A DNA stretch of 64,000 bases. Source: Phoronis australis. Taxonomy: Eukaryota > Animalia > Phoronida. Both the position numbers and the translations under genes were made by a program. The notes below the pieces were generated by a model. That model did no database searches. It was not told the origin of the DNA and worked only from the letters and a program-made list of their open reading frames with translations. The stretch's first letter is position 1. Each line of letters starts with the position of its first letter. The stretch spans positions 76,048 to 140,047 of the forward strand of contig NMRA01000357.1 of the NCBI GenBank assembly GCA_002633005.1, read 5' to 3'. Shown here piece after piece: positions 51,801 through 63,973 of this stretch.

Positions 51801-54800
51801 TAGGCTAGCCCTCTTGGTTTGTGTTGTGTCACTGACTAATTTGTCTCCCTTTCAGATGCCAGTACAGAAACAATCACTTTGTTCTGTGGTAACGTGGAAA
51901 AGGGTTTGACAGCGGAAGACTTGCAAAAATTCTTCAAAAAGAAGGGAATAACTCTGGGTGAAGTTCGCCGCAATGACAAGAAGATGTAAGTGACTTATTC
52001 ATGTTGTGTTGACGCAATGACAAGAAGATGTAAGTGACTTATTCATGCGTGTTATGGCATGTGGCATCGGAAGTTTTTTGATACTTTGTGTAATTGTGAG
52101 GTTAATAACGCTAACGTTGAGTATTGATGCTATGTGTGACTTTATGATTACAAGAGCTTAAAATTTCAGGGCTTAACACTCGAGTCAGAAATTTGCTGTA
52201 GTTACTTCCCACACGTACATAAAATCTCATATTGAGTAAATGTCCAAAGTCTACGAGAATGTATACGTGACTGTTACTGATGATTTCTAAACTGCTCCTT
52301 TCATATTTCCCCCAAAATGTTTACTTAAATTTGTATGCATGTTGCGCTGTTGTCTTCAGTTGACACAACTTGTTTTTTTCGTTAAGGTTTGGCTATGTGG
52401 ACTTGGCCGACCCCGCTGATTTTGAAAAGGCTATGGCTCTGAATGGAAAGAAAATTGGGGAAAAACCAATCAAAATAGAAAAGTCAACAAGAAGTCCGGC
52501 ACCTAAAAAAGAATGGCCGAGCACACCAGAGAAGAGGCAAGCAGCAAAGGAGAGAAAGTCAGACTTTGGTAAGTCTTCGCTGTTTGAGAAGTAACAAGGC
52601 TTGGAATTTTCCGCGGAAACACAGATTTCCGCTTTTTTCAAATGTTCTGTCCGCGTATTTTATTATATTTCCGCATAAAAAATCGGATTTGATATAAAAT
52701 TTCCACGGCAAATTCCTTTCTTACCGCGGCGTTGCCGATGACTTTCACCTCAAAAAGCCGAAGTTGCGCTTTATGTTTCGGAGGAACGTAAATTGTCAAC
52801 ATTAGCGGGGCACCTGGGATAGCGTGGTGGATTTTCAATGCCGACTCGTGAGATTTTAAACCGTGGTGACAAATACTACGACTCTGCAGCCAAAAATGTG
52901 AGGTGGGAGTGGACGGACGAGCTAAAAAGACACAGACGCACGCTTCTGGAGGTGGTACCGTTTTTTTTTTGTCCTCCCGATTTTTGCAGCATAAGGTCCA
53001 CACAGACTATTTCAAGTCTGGGAAGCGCGCGTGTTTTGGGCCGTAAAATTTCCGCGTTTTTCGTCATTGGTCATTCCAAGCCCTGAAGTAAGGTTATGCA
53101 TGTGTTAAGTCATGTTTGAGCAAAGCTTGTGTTTCTTATTTTCCAGTATCTGCAGCACGCCTATATCTCTGTATAATGTGTACAATACTTCCCTAAGAAT
53201 GTGGCGAGAGTAGGTTGTCATTCATGAAGAAAAATTTTGGCAAATTTCTTTTTGGTGGGAAATAATTGCAGACTTGCTGGATATGGGTTTTATAGGCCGG
53301 TACGCCAAAGCTTCATCGTACAATTGGATTGTTTTCCAGCCAAGGAAGATGAGTGCACGTTATTCGTCAAACTAAAAACATTGCCCGACGAGATGACCTC
53401 TGACCTACTAAAGGACAAATTGCAGGAAGCGTTTCCACAGGCCATCAACATTCGCGTACCTGTCGCTGATGACAAACCTAAGGGGTGAGATTGAAGTGGT
53501 TAAATGTATCAACATTTGAGTTGGGTCTTGCATTCTTATCTCTGTAATGTAATAAGAAAATATATGTATTGATGTTTTGTTCAAGGTCAGGGCTGCCAGC
53601 TATTTTGGATTTTCCGCAGTCAATTATTTTTAGGGTTTAAAAAATTATTACGTAAAGGTAATGAAATACTCCGTATTTTGAGAATTTTTTGCCCTAATAA
53701 TTATAATATGAGGTGTGGCGCATAGTAATAATTATTACAAGTAATAACTATTATAAGTCATCCATTATATGGGAATATAATATTTTAAATGGTAACAGTG
53801 ATAGCGTGATGTGTTAAAGTACGATGGCTCCGCGCGTAGCTGTTCCTCCTCAGAGGCATGGAAAAGGTGAAGTAGGATGCGCAAGTAAGAGTTGTGTAAG
53901 AACTGTTAATTGTACTTATGTTGTCGTAAACACTAAATCTAGTGCAGATTTTTTGTGTCATTCGTTGTATGTCATATTGTGTATTTGCTAGGTTTGCCTT
54001 CATGGTGTTTGATAGCGAGGCTTCAGCAGATCAAGTGATGAAAGACAGTCAGGGTATGGAGCTGGAGGGCAACGCTCTCTACTTGGACTACAGTGGGAGC
54101 AAGAGTACATTCAAATCACCAGCTGGCAAGGACAGTAGATCACCAAAATTTAGTGGAGGTAAGTGGAGATGTGTGGTAAATCGTGTTGTTACTAATCAGC
54201 GTGTTGATATGATTAAAGTATGAATCAGTAATCTTCTTAGATGCCACGTGTTGAGTCACGTCACATGACGTACTCGAGTCTTAAACGATCTCCGTCCAAC
54301 TTAAGCTTGAAACTGGGACCTTCTGCTCCCCATGGAAATGCTCTAATCCACTTAGCTGTCAGGACCACAGGTCAGTAACAGGACTACTATCGAACTTGTG
54401 TCAGAGCGTTAATGTGGTATGAGGATATGGTACAGAGTTCAAGCCACGGTCGGGACAGAAATGGTTAGATTGTGAAAATTGGCGTGTATGTTCATACTAT
54501 GAAGAGGACGGTTGACGATGATTTTCCGACGACTTTGGCTGCTGTAGCGCCTCCTGGTGGCAGTTTTGTTATTTTTTGCGCTCATGGCTGTATCTCTTAA
54601 ACCATTTGCAAGATCTTTGCTAAATTCAGCAAGTGTATTTATGTGATGTTGACAACAGATGACAACAACTTCCTGACGGATCTGACTACCAGTTTGTCCT
54701 CTAGTGGCAATTTTATGTGCCCACTTATTTATACGTGGTCGCATATTGCCGTCATATCCGTCTGGGCGTCCGGCGTCCGTACCTGTATCTCCTAAACCCT

Positions 54801-57800
54801 TCACAGGATCTTGATGAGATTTGGCAGATGTGTTCCTATGAAGCTGACGATGAATGACGATGACGAATTTCGAACCTCTCCGACTACCAGTGTGCCCCCT
54901 AGTGGCAATCTTAGTTTTTTACGCTTACCTCTGTATCTTTGGAGGTTCTCAACGGATTTTCATAAAATTTAGCAGTTCGGCATCTTTTAGCGAGATGATG
55001 CCATCCTCTCGTTTTCGGACGGATTCGAGATACTAGTGGCCATTTTTATGCGCCCACATATTTATATGTGGTCGCATATTGCCGTCATCTCTGTCTGGGC
55101 GTCCAGCGTCTGCGGCTGTATCTCCTAAGTAACTTGCAGGATCTGATTGAAATTTGGCAAGAGTGTTCCTATGGGGTTGACGACAGAGGGCGACGAGTTT
55201 CGGACGGACCCGAATACCACTGTGCCCCTTAGTGGCAATTTTAGTTTTTTACGTTTGCCTCTGTATCTTCAAAGGTCCTCAACCGATTTTCGTGAAATTT
55301 GGTACATAGGCATCTATTAATGAGTTGACGCTATCCTCTCGTTTCCAGATGGATTCAAGGCATTTTGCGCCATCTAGTGGCCATGTTTACTGTTTTCGAG
55401 TCGTTTTTGGCGTCCGCCCTTCTAACAACCAAACCACTTTAAGAATGATTGTGAAAATTGGCATGTATGTTCCTATTGTGAAGCGTAAGTCTGACGACGA
55501 TTTTGAGATGACTTTATCTACTTTGATGCCTCTTAGTGGCAGTTATGTTTTTTGCGCTAGTAGCCTCTTAGTGGCAATTTCATTTTTCGTTTTCCTCTGT
55601 TTTCTAAGATGTTCCTTGACGGATTTTTATAAAATTTGGTGACACATACAAGTTTTCGCATGGATTCGACTTATTTTGCGCTATCTAGTTGCTATTTTTA
55701 TGTTCCAAATAAACACCCCTAGAAGCACTCTGGTAGCAGTTGACATTAATGAATTCCACTACTGTGGTGCCTCCTAGTGGTAGTTTTGTTTTGTTTTGCG
55801 ACCATAGCTGCATATCCTAAGCACAGTACTGGATCTTAATTAAATTTAGTAAGTTTATTTGTATGAAGGTAACAACAGATGTCGACATATTTCAGGCGGA
55901 TCCAATGAACGCTGTGCTCCATAGTGGCAATTACATTTTTTCCGTTTTTCTTTGTTTCTCTGAAGTTCCTTTACAGTTTTTTGTGAAGTTTGGTAAATAG
56001 CTTTCTATTAAAGAAGCGATGACATGTTCCCATTTTCAGATGGATTAGACGTTTTTGTGCCATCTGGTGGCTGTTTTTATGAAACAAACAACCCTAGAAT
56101 CATACCGTTTGCGGTGCATTGGCGGGCGCATTTCAACACTCCGAGTTGCTCTCGTAACACTAAGTTTATAGGTTATGTCCTTAATGGGTTGGCCCATGTT
56201 GGTCACGTTACCAACATATGGCATGTAAGAAAACTATTCTTACTAATAGACTGTCAAACAAGTTGATGTTTGGTGTAGACCTCTTCAGTCACAAAGCCGG
56301 CGTCGACTTGTTCCATACTTGAGTCAGGTGGGATTTCTTAATGTGGGAAGAGTGAGAGTTCCCTTTCGCTTGGGATGGAGATGTGCGTGAAATGACCAAC
56401 GTGGTCAATCCAATTTGTTTAGCCTGTTCTCAACAAATAATTATGGAAATGTCGGTTTTTCTTAAGCCCAGAAATCGCTTGTGGTCCTGGGTGACGAGAA
56501 GGTTTAAATTGGTTTGATAGTGATAATTACGAGTCGCATTTATATGGAGAAGTATAGCTTAATCTTGTGTTGGAACATTTTTTCAACCTTAAATAAACAC
56601 CATGTGAATATCTCAATTTTGCATTGTTGTTGTTATTGTATTTCTAGCATCATATTATCATCTTTTTTCAGAGAAAGGAAAAACTAAGTCGCTGTTTGTC
56701 AAGAATCTGCCCTATGAAGTGGATGACAGTCAACTGAAGGAGGCATTTGATGGCTGTACAGCGGCGCGGGTAGTCACTGACAAGGAAAGTGGCAAGTCTA
56801 AAGGGTATGTGGAGATAGGCGTAGAAATGTAGGCATACTTATATTGGTTGACAATTGTAAACTGTTGCTGGTTGACTTGAGAACTGAACACTGTAGTATG
56901 CTATTAAACATTATGCACCACTAACAGTTCTTGTCTCACCAACACCACTAACAGTTCTCGTCTTAGCAAGCTCACTAGCATCTCTGACTTTGAAGTGCAC
57001 TATGTTTGCTGTTGTCCTTGTAGGTTTGGCTTTGTTGACTTCGATAGTCCGGAAGATGCCACGAGTGCCTTCGAGGCCATGAAAGACCAGGAGTTTAATG
57101 GGCGTAGGGTGTTTCTTGACTTTGCGACCGAGAAGGGCAAGTCCCCGGGAGGTGGAGGTAAGCCCTGGATGATGCAACTTGTCCTGTGATATGTCATGTG
57201 ATGTCTGTCTCCTGTAGTCACATAACTGTGTGATGTAGGCCTGGGGTCTGAGAACTGAGGAAAGTTATGATGTTATAGGCATCTTTGTCCTATGGAGTAA
57301 AAAACAACATTTTATACAGATTGTTTAAAGGTAGTTTGCCTTTATTAAAACCTTGATGCAAAAGGTTAAAAAAACAAATTGACTCGTAAATGTTGAAATG
57401 TGATTTCAGTTATGAGCACGAATTAGATATTATTGGGAGCGTGCTTATTCATTTGAGTTCTGCTTTACATTTCCGGTTCACAATCTGGTAACACTGTCTC
57501 TCATTTTGAATTGTCACAGGATTCCGTGGAGGTCGTGGCGGAGGCCGTGGGGGTCGTGGCGGAGGCCGTGGCGGATTCGGAAGCCGTGGCGGATTCGGAA
57601 GCCGTGGTGGGTTTGGAAGCCGAGGTGGTGGAAGAGGCGGGGGGCGAGGTGGTGGACGAGGGGGATTTGGATGTAAGTTATTGCAGTGGTCAGTGTGACA
57701 TTCAGTGGATTCAAGTAACCATAGGAGTGGTCAGTCGGCATTCGCGTTGTTCATTCTCTTCTGCTCTTGTCGATTATTGTTGCTCTAAATACCGTAGGGA

Positions 57801-58695
57801 AATAAATTGGTGCAGATAATGTAGAAAAACAATGGAGCAGACGCAGTGCAGAATACAAACTTGTATTGTGTATTGGTTTCAATGTCTTTATCATTTCTAA
57901 ATCAGAAAGATAGAAACAGCAATTAGGAACAGTTCAACCCTAGGTCTTACTTCTAAAAGTCGCTTGTAAACTTTCAGAAAGGTTTGACAGTGTGTTTAAC
58001 TCGGGTTAGTGACTGACTAGTGCTAGACGTTCACCCTGACTGGGTACATGCATACATATCATTCTTTTTAGAACATACTAATTTTTGCAGACCAGTCACA
58101 TGGCACTGTTGATTAGGGTTGTTCTGTAATATGTTTGGTACGGTTGTACTGTAATATGTTTAGTACGGTTGTACTGCACTATGTTCACTAGACGTGTGCT
58201 ACTTGCCCGCACAAATTTGGATGAACTTAATCATCTGATCGCATATAAGTTAATTATACAAAGTCTTGTGTCATGGACAACACAAGTATCATAAGCAAGA
58301 CTTGAGCTGATGAAAGTTGGATTTCAGTGTTATGATATCAAAAATGTGAATACAAATTTTATACGAAAATTAGTTTTCGCATGATTTTCTCATTCATTAA
58401 TTGACTTTGTGTAACTGGGTGTACGTATATACTCAATTGACAAAATTGATGTATTGTGTATTTAAAATGTTTTGTATGTATGTATTATGCATGGATGTAT
58501 TATGTATTATGTATCATAGCTGGTTAAGTCACAAACCTTTATGTTATGGATGATCACTCTCAAGTCTGCCTAACAAACTACTGTCTGCTGAATAATCTTA
58601 CGTCTGCATATAAGCATTTTTGCATTTCCATTGCAGCTGCCAAAAAAGATGGAATCAAAGACTTCAAGGGTAAAAAGAAGACATTTGACGACTAG
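39833..58695 (+). CDS. NCL: Nucleolin homolog, about 610 aa, 14 exons
   Basis: Exons 39833-39862, 43880-43972, 46415-46453, 47849-47942, 48450-48815, 51338-51445, 51856-51985, 52387-52568, 53340-53484, 53992-54158, 56672-56804, 57024-57157, 57520-57672, 58637-58695; 1833 nt, phases consistent. Basic N-terminus, long Asp/Glu tracts, TPNKK, three RRMs (RNP1 MFGYVDL, KGFAFMVF, KGFGFVDF), RGG/FGS domain and C-terminal GKKKTFDD. Confidence 0.93.
44943..45097. repeat. 19-bp minisatellite, about 8 copies
   Basis: TTTTGGACTTGTGGTACCA repeated. Confidence 0.95.
45640..45947. mobile_element. MITE with CAGGGCCCTCAAT TIRs (hAT-like)
   Basis: CAGGGCCCTCAAT ... ATTGAGGGCCCTG, with internal TTCCCCTC subrepeats; no clear TSD. 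Confidence 0.7.
46850..47470 (-). mobile_element. Helentron-like repeat family member (partial, inverted)
   Basis: ATGCCCACATATTTGTATGTGGACGCAT hairpin end plus GTGCCCCCTAGTGGC subrepeats; reverse complement of the 3379-4270 family. Confidence 0.6.
48963..49462 (+). mobile_element. About 500-bp MITE, CAGGGCTTGGAAT TIRs
   Basis: 13-bp TIRs; flanks AAAGTG / AAAATG; second copy at 52595-53085. Confidence 0.85.
52595..53085 (+). mobile_element. About 490-bp MITE, same family as 48963-49462
   Basis: CAAGGCTTGGAAT ... ATTCCAAGCCCTG with perfect 6-bp TSD AAGTAA. Confidence 0.85.
54440..56155 (-). mobile_element. Cluster of nested Helentron-like repeat copies (inverted)
   Basis: Two hairpin ends (about 54715 and 55045), many CCTAGTGGC subrepeats, and a 5'-end homolog GTTGCTCTCGT near 56150. 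Confidence 0.6.
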
Positions 58696-59363
58696 TCACT
58701 CAGGTGACTGCAGTTGACGTTTTATCCACATCATTCTTCATCTTAAATGCACACTCGGGTGTGTTGAGTATTTTATGTCATTGAAAACATGCTACTCTAT
58801 GGAGTCAGGAGTATTTGTTACTCTACGTTGTTATTGATCACAGTTGATGTGTTTCTTACAACTGTTAACCGAGCTTTTTAGTGTTTTACCAAATCATTTG
58901 GTGTTTCATTTTATGGGCTGACGTTGAAAACGTTGAATTTTACCACTTTTCGTCTGTGCTGTGGAGCACAACAAAATCGTGGTATTTGTTTGATATGAGG
59001 AAGAAAGCATTGGTGCTCTAGTGCTAGGGTCCGTCTCTAGTATGTGACACTTTGTGTCTGTCCTGTTGTGGTCTTGAGCAGGTGAAACAGTTTGGAAATT
59101 GACACTATTTGTACTCGCTTTTTACCTAGAAAATGTGTTACCGTTGCTAAGCTCTCAAGGAGGTGACGCCATTTTATGGAATTACCATGGCAGGTGTGTG
59201 CACTGCAATCTTTAGTAAGATAATGGATATTAGTTGGTGTCAATCAACTAGTTGAGCCATTGGTATGTAACTGGTTGGATTAATTAATAATTTAATGACA
59301 CTTTGACGACTAATTTTATTTTATTGTAAAAAGTTGATTTGTATCATGTGGTCATGTATCAGT

Positions 59364-59384
59364 AATAAATTAATGAAAAATAAA
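59364..59384 (+). terminator. Likely polyadenylation signals of nucleolin
   Basis: Two AATAAA (59364-59369, 59379-59384) at the end of a U-rich 3' UTR of about 0.7 kb. Confidence 0.55.
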
Positions 59385-60870
59385 GTTTGTAGAAAATCTG
59401 ATCTTCTTGGAATGGATTCGAGGCTGGTCGTTTTAGGACACTGAGAACACTGTTGAAGCACACGGTATGCGCTGCTGTTCTGGACGCAGTTCGATGCTCG
59501 GCGTTGATCTTGTAATCCAAGTGGGTTTCGCAACAGCAGTACAATCCATGTGAAACTTTTCGAATTTCATTGGAAAACCTTGCTTGATATTACTGTCGAG
59601 CAGAACGAGCACAAAAAGATGCGGTTTTCAGTGGGGAAAGGAAAATGGCGAAATCGGAAACTACTAGAAAGTGCAAGTAGAAACGGGCTATTTTACAACT
59701 GATAAGTGACAAATTTTTAATTGAGTTGAAAAATGACCCACGACACGTAAAATTTGACTTCTGACTTAGACGTTCATCGGATGACGCGGTGAAACGGGCA
59801 AGTAAAATGGGTGGGCCAACGGTATTTAAAACAAGACCGAGTGTGTGTTCCTGACTCGTAGGCAAATGGGTATTGTAACGCCGAGGACTTGGACACGCGA
59901 GCAAACTCGAACTGGACTGTCCAATCAAGAAAACCGCACAACCACAGGCTGGGAATCGTGGTTGAGGATGTATCCGGTGGCTCCTACTAGTGGTAGGCCA
60001 CTCCGGCTGGGTGTCGTATCCCTGCGTGTTCACAGGAATTCGAAATGCCCTCTCCCCTCTGTCGGGAACAATATAATATTAATTTTGCAGGCAGGCTAAT
60101 ACACGTTGCAACAGACGTGCGCACTGGCCGCACATATGGGTCAATTGCACCAATTAGCTGGAACCATGTTTGTGCTTTACTAATACATACGCCTGAGCTC
60201 CGCGGGAAGGAGAGGTGGGGCGAGGGGTCGATCGAGGAACCCGCTAACAGTGGCTACACGCCAGTGTGAATAATATTAATTTTTGACCCAGGAGTAGATT
60301 TAGAAAAATGGGCCCTAGCTGGTACTTAAAGGAAGCTGACGAGGACCCTCCTGCACTATCTGACTTCGTTGGCAGCCGGCAAAGTAGTAACAGTCGGTGT
60401 TTCTTTTTATAGTATTGGTACCTCTCGCTACCTGTCAACCGTAACCCCTGTGCACAATTATTTATTATATGTCATTTTTCGCGTCCCATTACCCAGCCAG
60501 GGGACCATCATATCGTCCGATGTGGGCTCCTAAGACGGAGCGCGGTATTTACAGTCAATTAACTCTGTCCATGTTTTGACCGGAATAAGAGCGCGTAGGC
60601 ATTTTGGACCTCACTTTTTGTTGATTCCAAGCTTCGCCATGTTTAAGACTCTTACAATTCAAACCTCTGGTGGGATAAATTTTCATGAACAAGCTGAGTA
60701 GGTGAATCTTAATTCAAATAGATCGCATTCCGGTGATTGCGTGCATATGTTAAAGACGAGTCTCATAGGGGGTCGAACTAAACCATGCAAGTTAGAAATG
60801 AAATTGCCAAATTTTGTAGTGACTTTTAGTCAACCCTGCTATAGGGACTTGAGACGAAGAAGGTACCTTC

Positions 60871-61090
60871 CAGTGGCAGATCTACGTCACTTAAAGGGGG
60901 GGGGGGGAATCCGAGGCGCGTAGCGACGGGCGGAAGCAAGGTCGGGAGGGGGTTTCCCCCTACCGTGTACGAATTTTTGTGGTTTTTAGTAGCTGATTTT
61001 GTTTTTGTTTTTTGGTGAAATTTTTTCAATTTTTATTTTTGATCCTGTCCCGAGCCGGGGGGTTTGAACCCCCCTGTAGACCCGCCTGTG
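60871..61090. mobile_element. 220-bp MITE with 5-bp TSD
   Basis: CAGTGGCAGATCTAC ... GTAGACCCGCCTGTG flanked by CCTTC on both sides. Confidence 0.8.
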
Positions 61091-61639
61091 CCTTCTGTAG
61101 ACATCACCGGACCGGAAAAATGAAGTGACCATTGCGGGTGCCCGCACGTTCCGTAGTATCACACATGAAAGTACCCCCATGGTCATGTCTAGCTTCAATG
61201 AATTCTCACTAGTCTGGGTATAACCCCTGATGTGGATGTCTGCATGGCCGGCCGGGGCCGTCGACATCACCAAGGCACAACTCAGACGGCCGTTTAGGGA
61301 GTGTCCACAGCTGATGTCAAATTAGGGCCTACTCAAAAGAAACCTAAATTAATTCGCGCTCTGACTCACGAGGTCGGAAGACATTTTGGCAATGTTCGTG
61401 ACAAATCATTACTTTGCCTACTTTCGCAGACTTAGGAACTAAAGCAAACAAAAAAACGGCAAAGAAATATTTCAAAACTCATAGGGCCATTGGCCCACTG
61501 TTCATTATATTATTATACAAACAGCATATTTTCGCCAATTCATCAAGAACTCATAATTTCGCTCTTAATTGCCATTGCTTGTTGAAAAAAAGGATGCTGT
61601 GTTTCTAAACATACGTCAGAGAATCTCAACCTAAGGGTG

Positions 61640-62500
61640 CCAAAATGTTTCTATTTCAAACAATATTAGGCCGATCTGCAAGGACTGGACAATCAAATAA
61701 AAAGAGTATCCCTATTTCAATTTCATCGGTGTTTCAAGTTTTACAAGTTCTTAATGGTCGAAGTACATTAAATTGTTTAATTTCTTCTCGCCACTAACTC
61801 AGTCATAACTGATGCGACGGAACATTTCGAATTTGCCATTGCAAATACTTGATTTAAAGACAGACTACCACGTGAATACTTTTCACGTGTCAGATTTAAT
61901 TGAACGGCAAAAATACATTTATCCGTATTTGCAAGTGAAGACCGTGACGACCACACCTGGAAATTCCGTACCTAAGTCTCGGGCAGAAAATGACGGTTGA
62001 TTTCATCACCAACTCCTCAGTGTTGCATCCAAACACAACCAAATCCAGTTGTAAATAATACATTTTTGCTAAGGTCCTACACCATTTCTTTTGACCTTTC
62101 AAATCATTTTCACGCAGCATTATGTAACATGGTCTCGGCAATCTATCGTCATTCATTTTCAACATTTTCAAATATTAGTCTACCGTAGTAGTTGATGGGT
62201 TTGCACATGTCGAAACACAAATCAAAACGTCCACATTTATCTTTTACTATTACATTTGTTGTCTTGATACGTGTACGTAATAAACATTTACAAAACTCAA
62301 AATGAACACTTTATCTATTTCCTTTTTGTGGGTTCAGTCCCCCAGGCAATTCTGCACCCGGCACTAAACAGACTCACTGATACGCCGACTGCTCCCATAT
62401 AGTCAAATAATTTGAATGCTATTTCTTGCATGGCTATTTGGTTCCATTTTGCATGAATAAGTTAAGGGCTTTATAATATGCCTGTTTGCAACACTTAACT
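61640..62500 (-). mobile_element. Decayed non-LTR retrotransposon (CR1/L2-group LINE) ORF2 C-terminal fragment
   Basis: Frameshifted minus-strand peptides in the expected order: FKLFD, FCKCLL..TTN.IV..KCGRF, KMLKMNDDRLPRPCYIML, and a degenerate zinc knuckle RTCKT..TDEIE...FLFDCP. Confidence 0.65.
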
Positions 62501-63825
62501 CCGCTGTAGAACAATTTTTAATTATTTTTTAGGGTCGATCCGGCGAGCTTCCTGACTATGACACAATCCAAGGTAATCATGAAAACCCACTAGGTGTCGT
62601 CTACGTTTTACCGATTTGTTGAAACGATGACATTTGTTCGATGTGCCAAGATGGCGTCTTCCTTTGAAGTTGAGTGCTTGTTCTGATGGAGTGAGTATGC
62701 TCTGAACTTGCAGAAGATATCATGTGTTTTAATGACACGCTGTTACCAACTGTTCCGCTTCTGATGGGACTGTCCCAATTTTTAGCTTTGTCTCGGTTTC
62801 TGAAACAGCATCAGAATGTCCCAGTTTTTAAAATGAGCTACTTGCCTTCTTAGCACTTGCCGCATGCTAGTCGCTACACGTTAAAAATGGCCAGTTTCCG
62901 ATTTTGCTAACTGAATGAAGGACTGCTCGCAGAAAATGTTTCATAATGGGAATATTTGTTTGAGTTGGAAGAAACTAAAGATATCGACGGCATCCTAAAC
63001 CTGCGAAGGTGTCCCACTATGTGTAAAGGGTATTCATAACAACACGACCTGAATAAATGTTTTAGTCAGTGTGAGGCATAATTCACCGAAAAGCGTCTGG
63101 CGTATGAGGCTCCTACAGGAGCTACTCTGTCTCTGTTGATCCAGCTTGAGATGGCGGTCACTCTAATGTTAGCCTTGGCACCAAGCTGTATACTAAATAT
63201 ACAGCTTTGCACCAATATGGGTAAAAAACTGACCAGATAAAATATACAAAATTAGTGCCATTTAATCTTTTGTGTTGCTTTTTGGTGCCACGAGATATTG
63301 CGTCACCTAATGTCCAGTATCTTTTGTCGCCGATTCTTCAATCAGTTGTTGTTGTTTCATGAGGTGTACTCGTCGTAACAAATTATTGGAACTGGTTTCA
63401 CATCTATAAGTTTTTAGAATTTTAATACCAGCAAACTAAATTTCAGAACCAATTTTGCGAAAGCTGTCATCTCCTGAGATAAAAATTTAGAAAATGGCAC
63501 GTCTGCATGACACTACCGTACTGTTTTCAAAACGACAAAATACTTTTCATTGTCACAAAAGGCGGAGAAAATGATGTTTATTAGATTGTTTTTCACTTAA
63601 ACGGCTGTAACAGGCAAGGTGAGTGTCGGTTGACTCTCAGATTTTGCATGCACCCCCGCAGGTCTTTAGCTTTACATATTGATACAACTTTCATAATGAG
63701 GTGGTATAAAGCAGAACTACCTGGGCTATGTGAAATTTCGAGTCCTGTCGGCGCTGAACACACAATCAGTGGTACCCAAGCCTTTATGCAGCGTAGGTCC
63801 AAGCACTAATCTGGAGGCCCTGGCA

Positions 63826-63973
63826 TGGACGCCCAATGTATCATTTGGACGCCCACTGTCAATAGGAACCTTTCAAGTTTGGACACACACATTGTAATGA
63901 TTACTAGGAAGCCTCTGAAGGCTCACAGTGGGGGCTCTTTTTTAAAGCAGGAAGAAATATACAGTGTATATAC
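63826..63973 (+). repeat. Interspersed repeat, inverted copy of 15515-15663
   Basis: TGGACGCCCAATGTATCATTTGGACGCCCACTGTCAATAGGAACC... matches the 15.5-15.66 kb region on the opposite strand. Confidence 0.85.
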
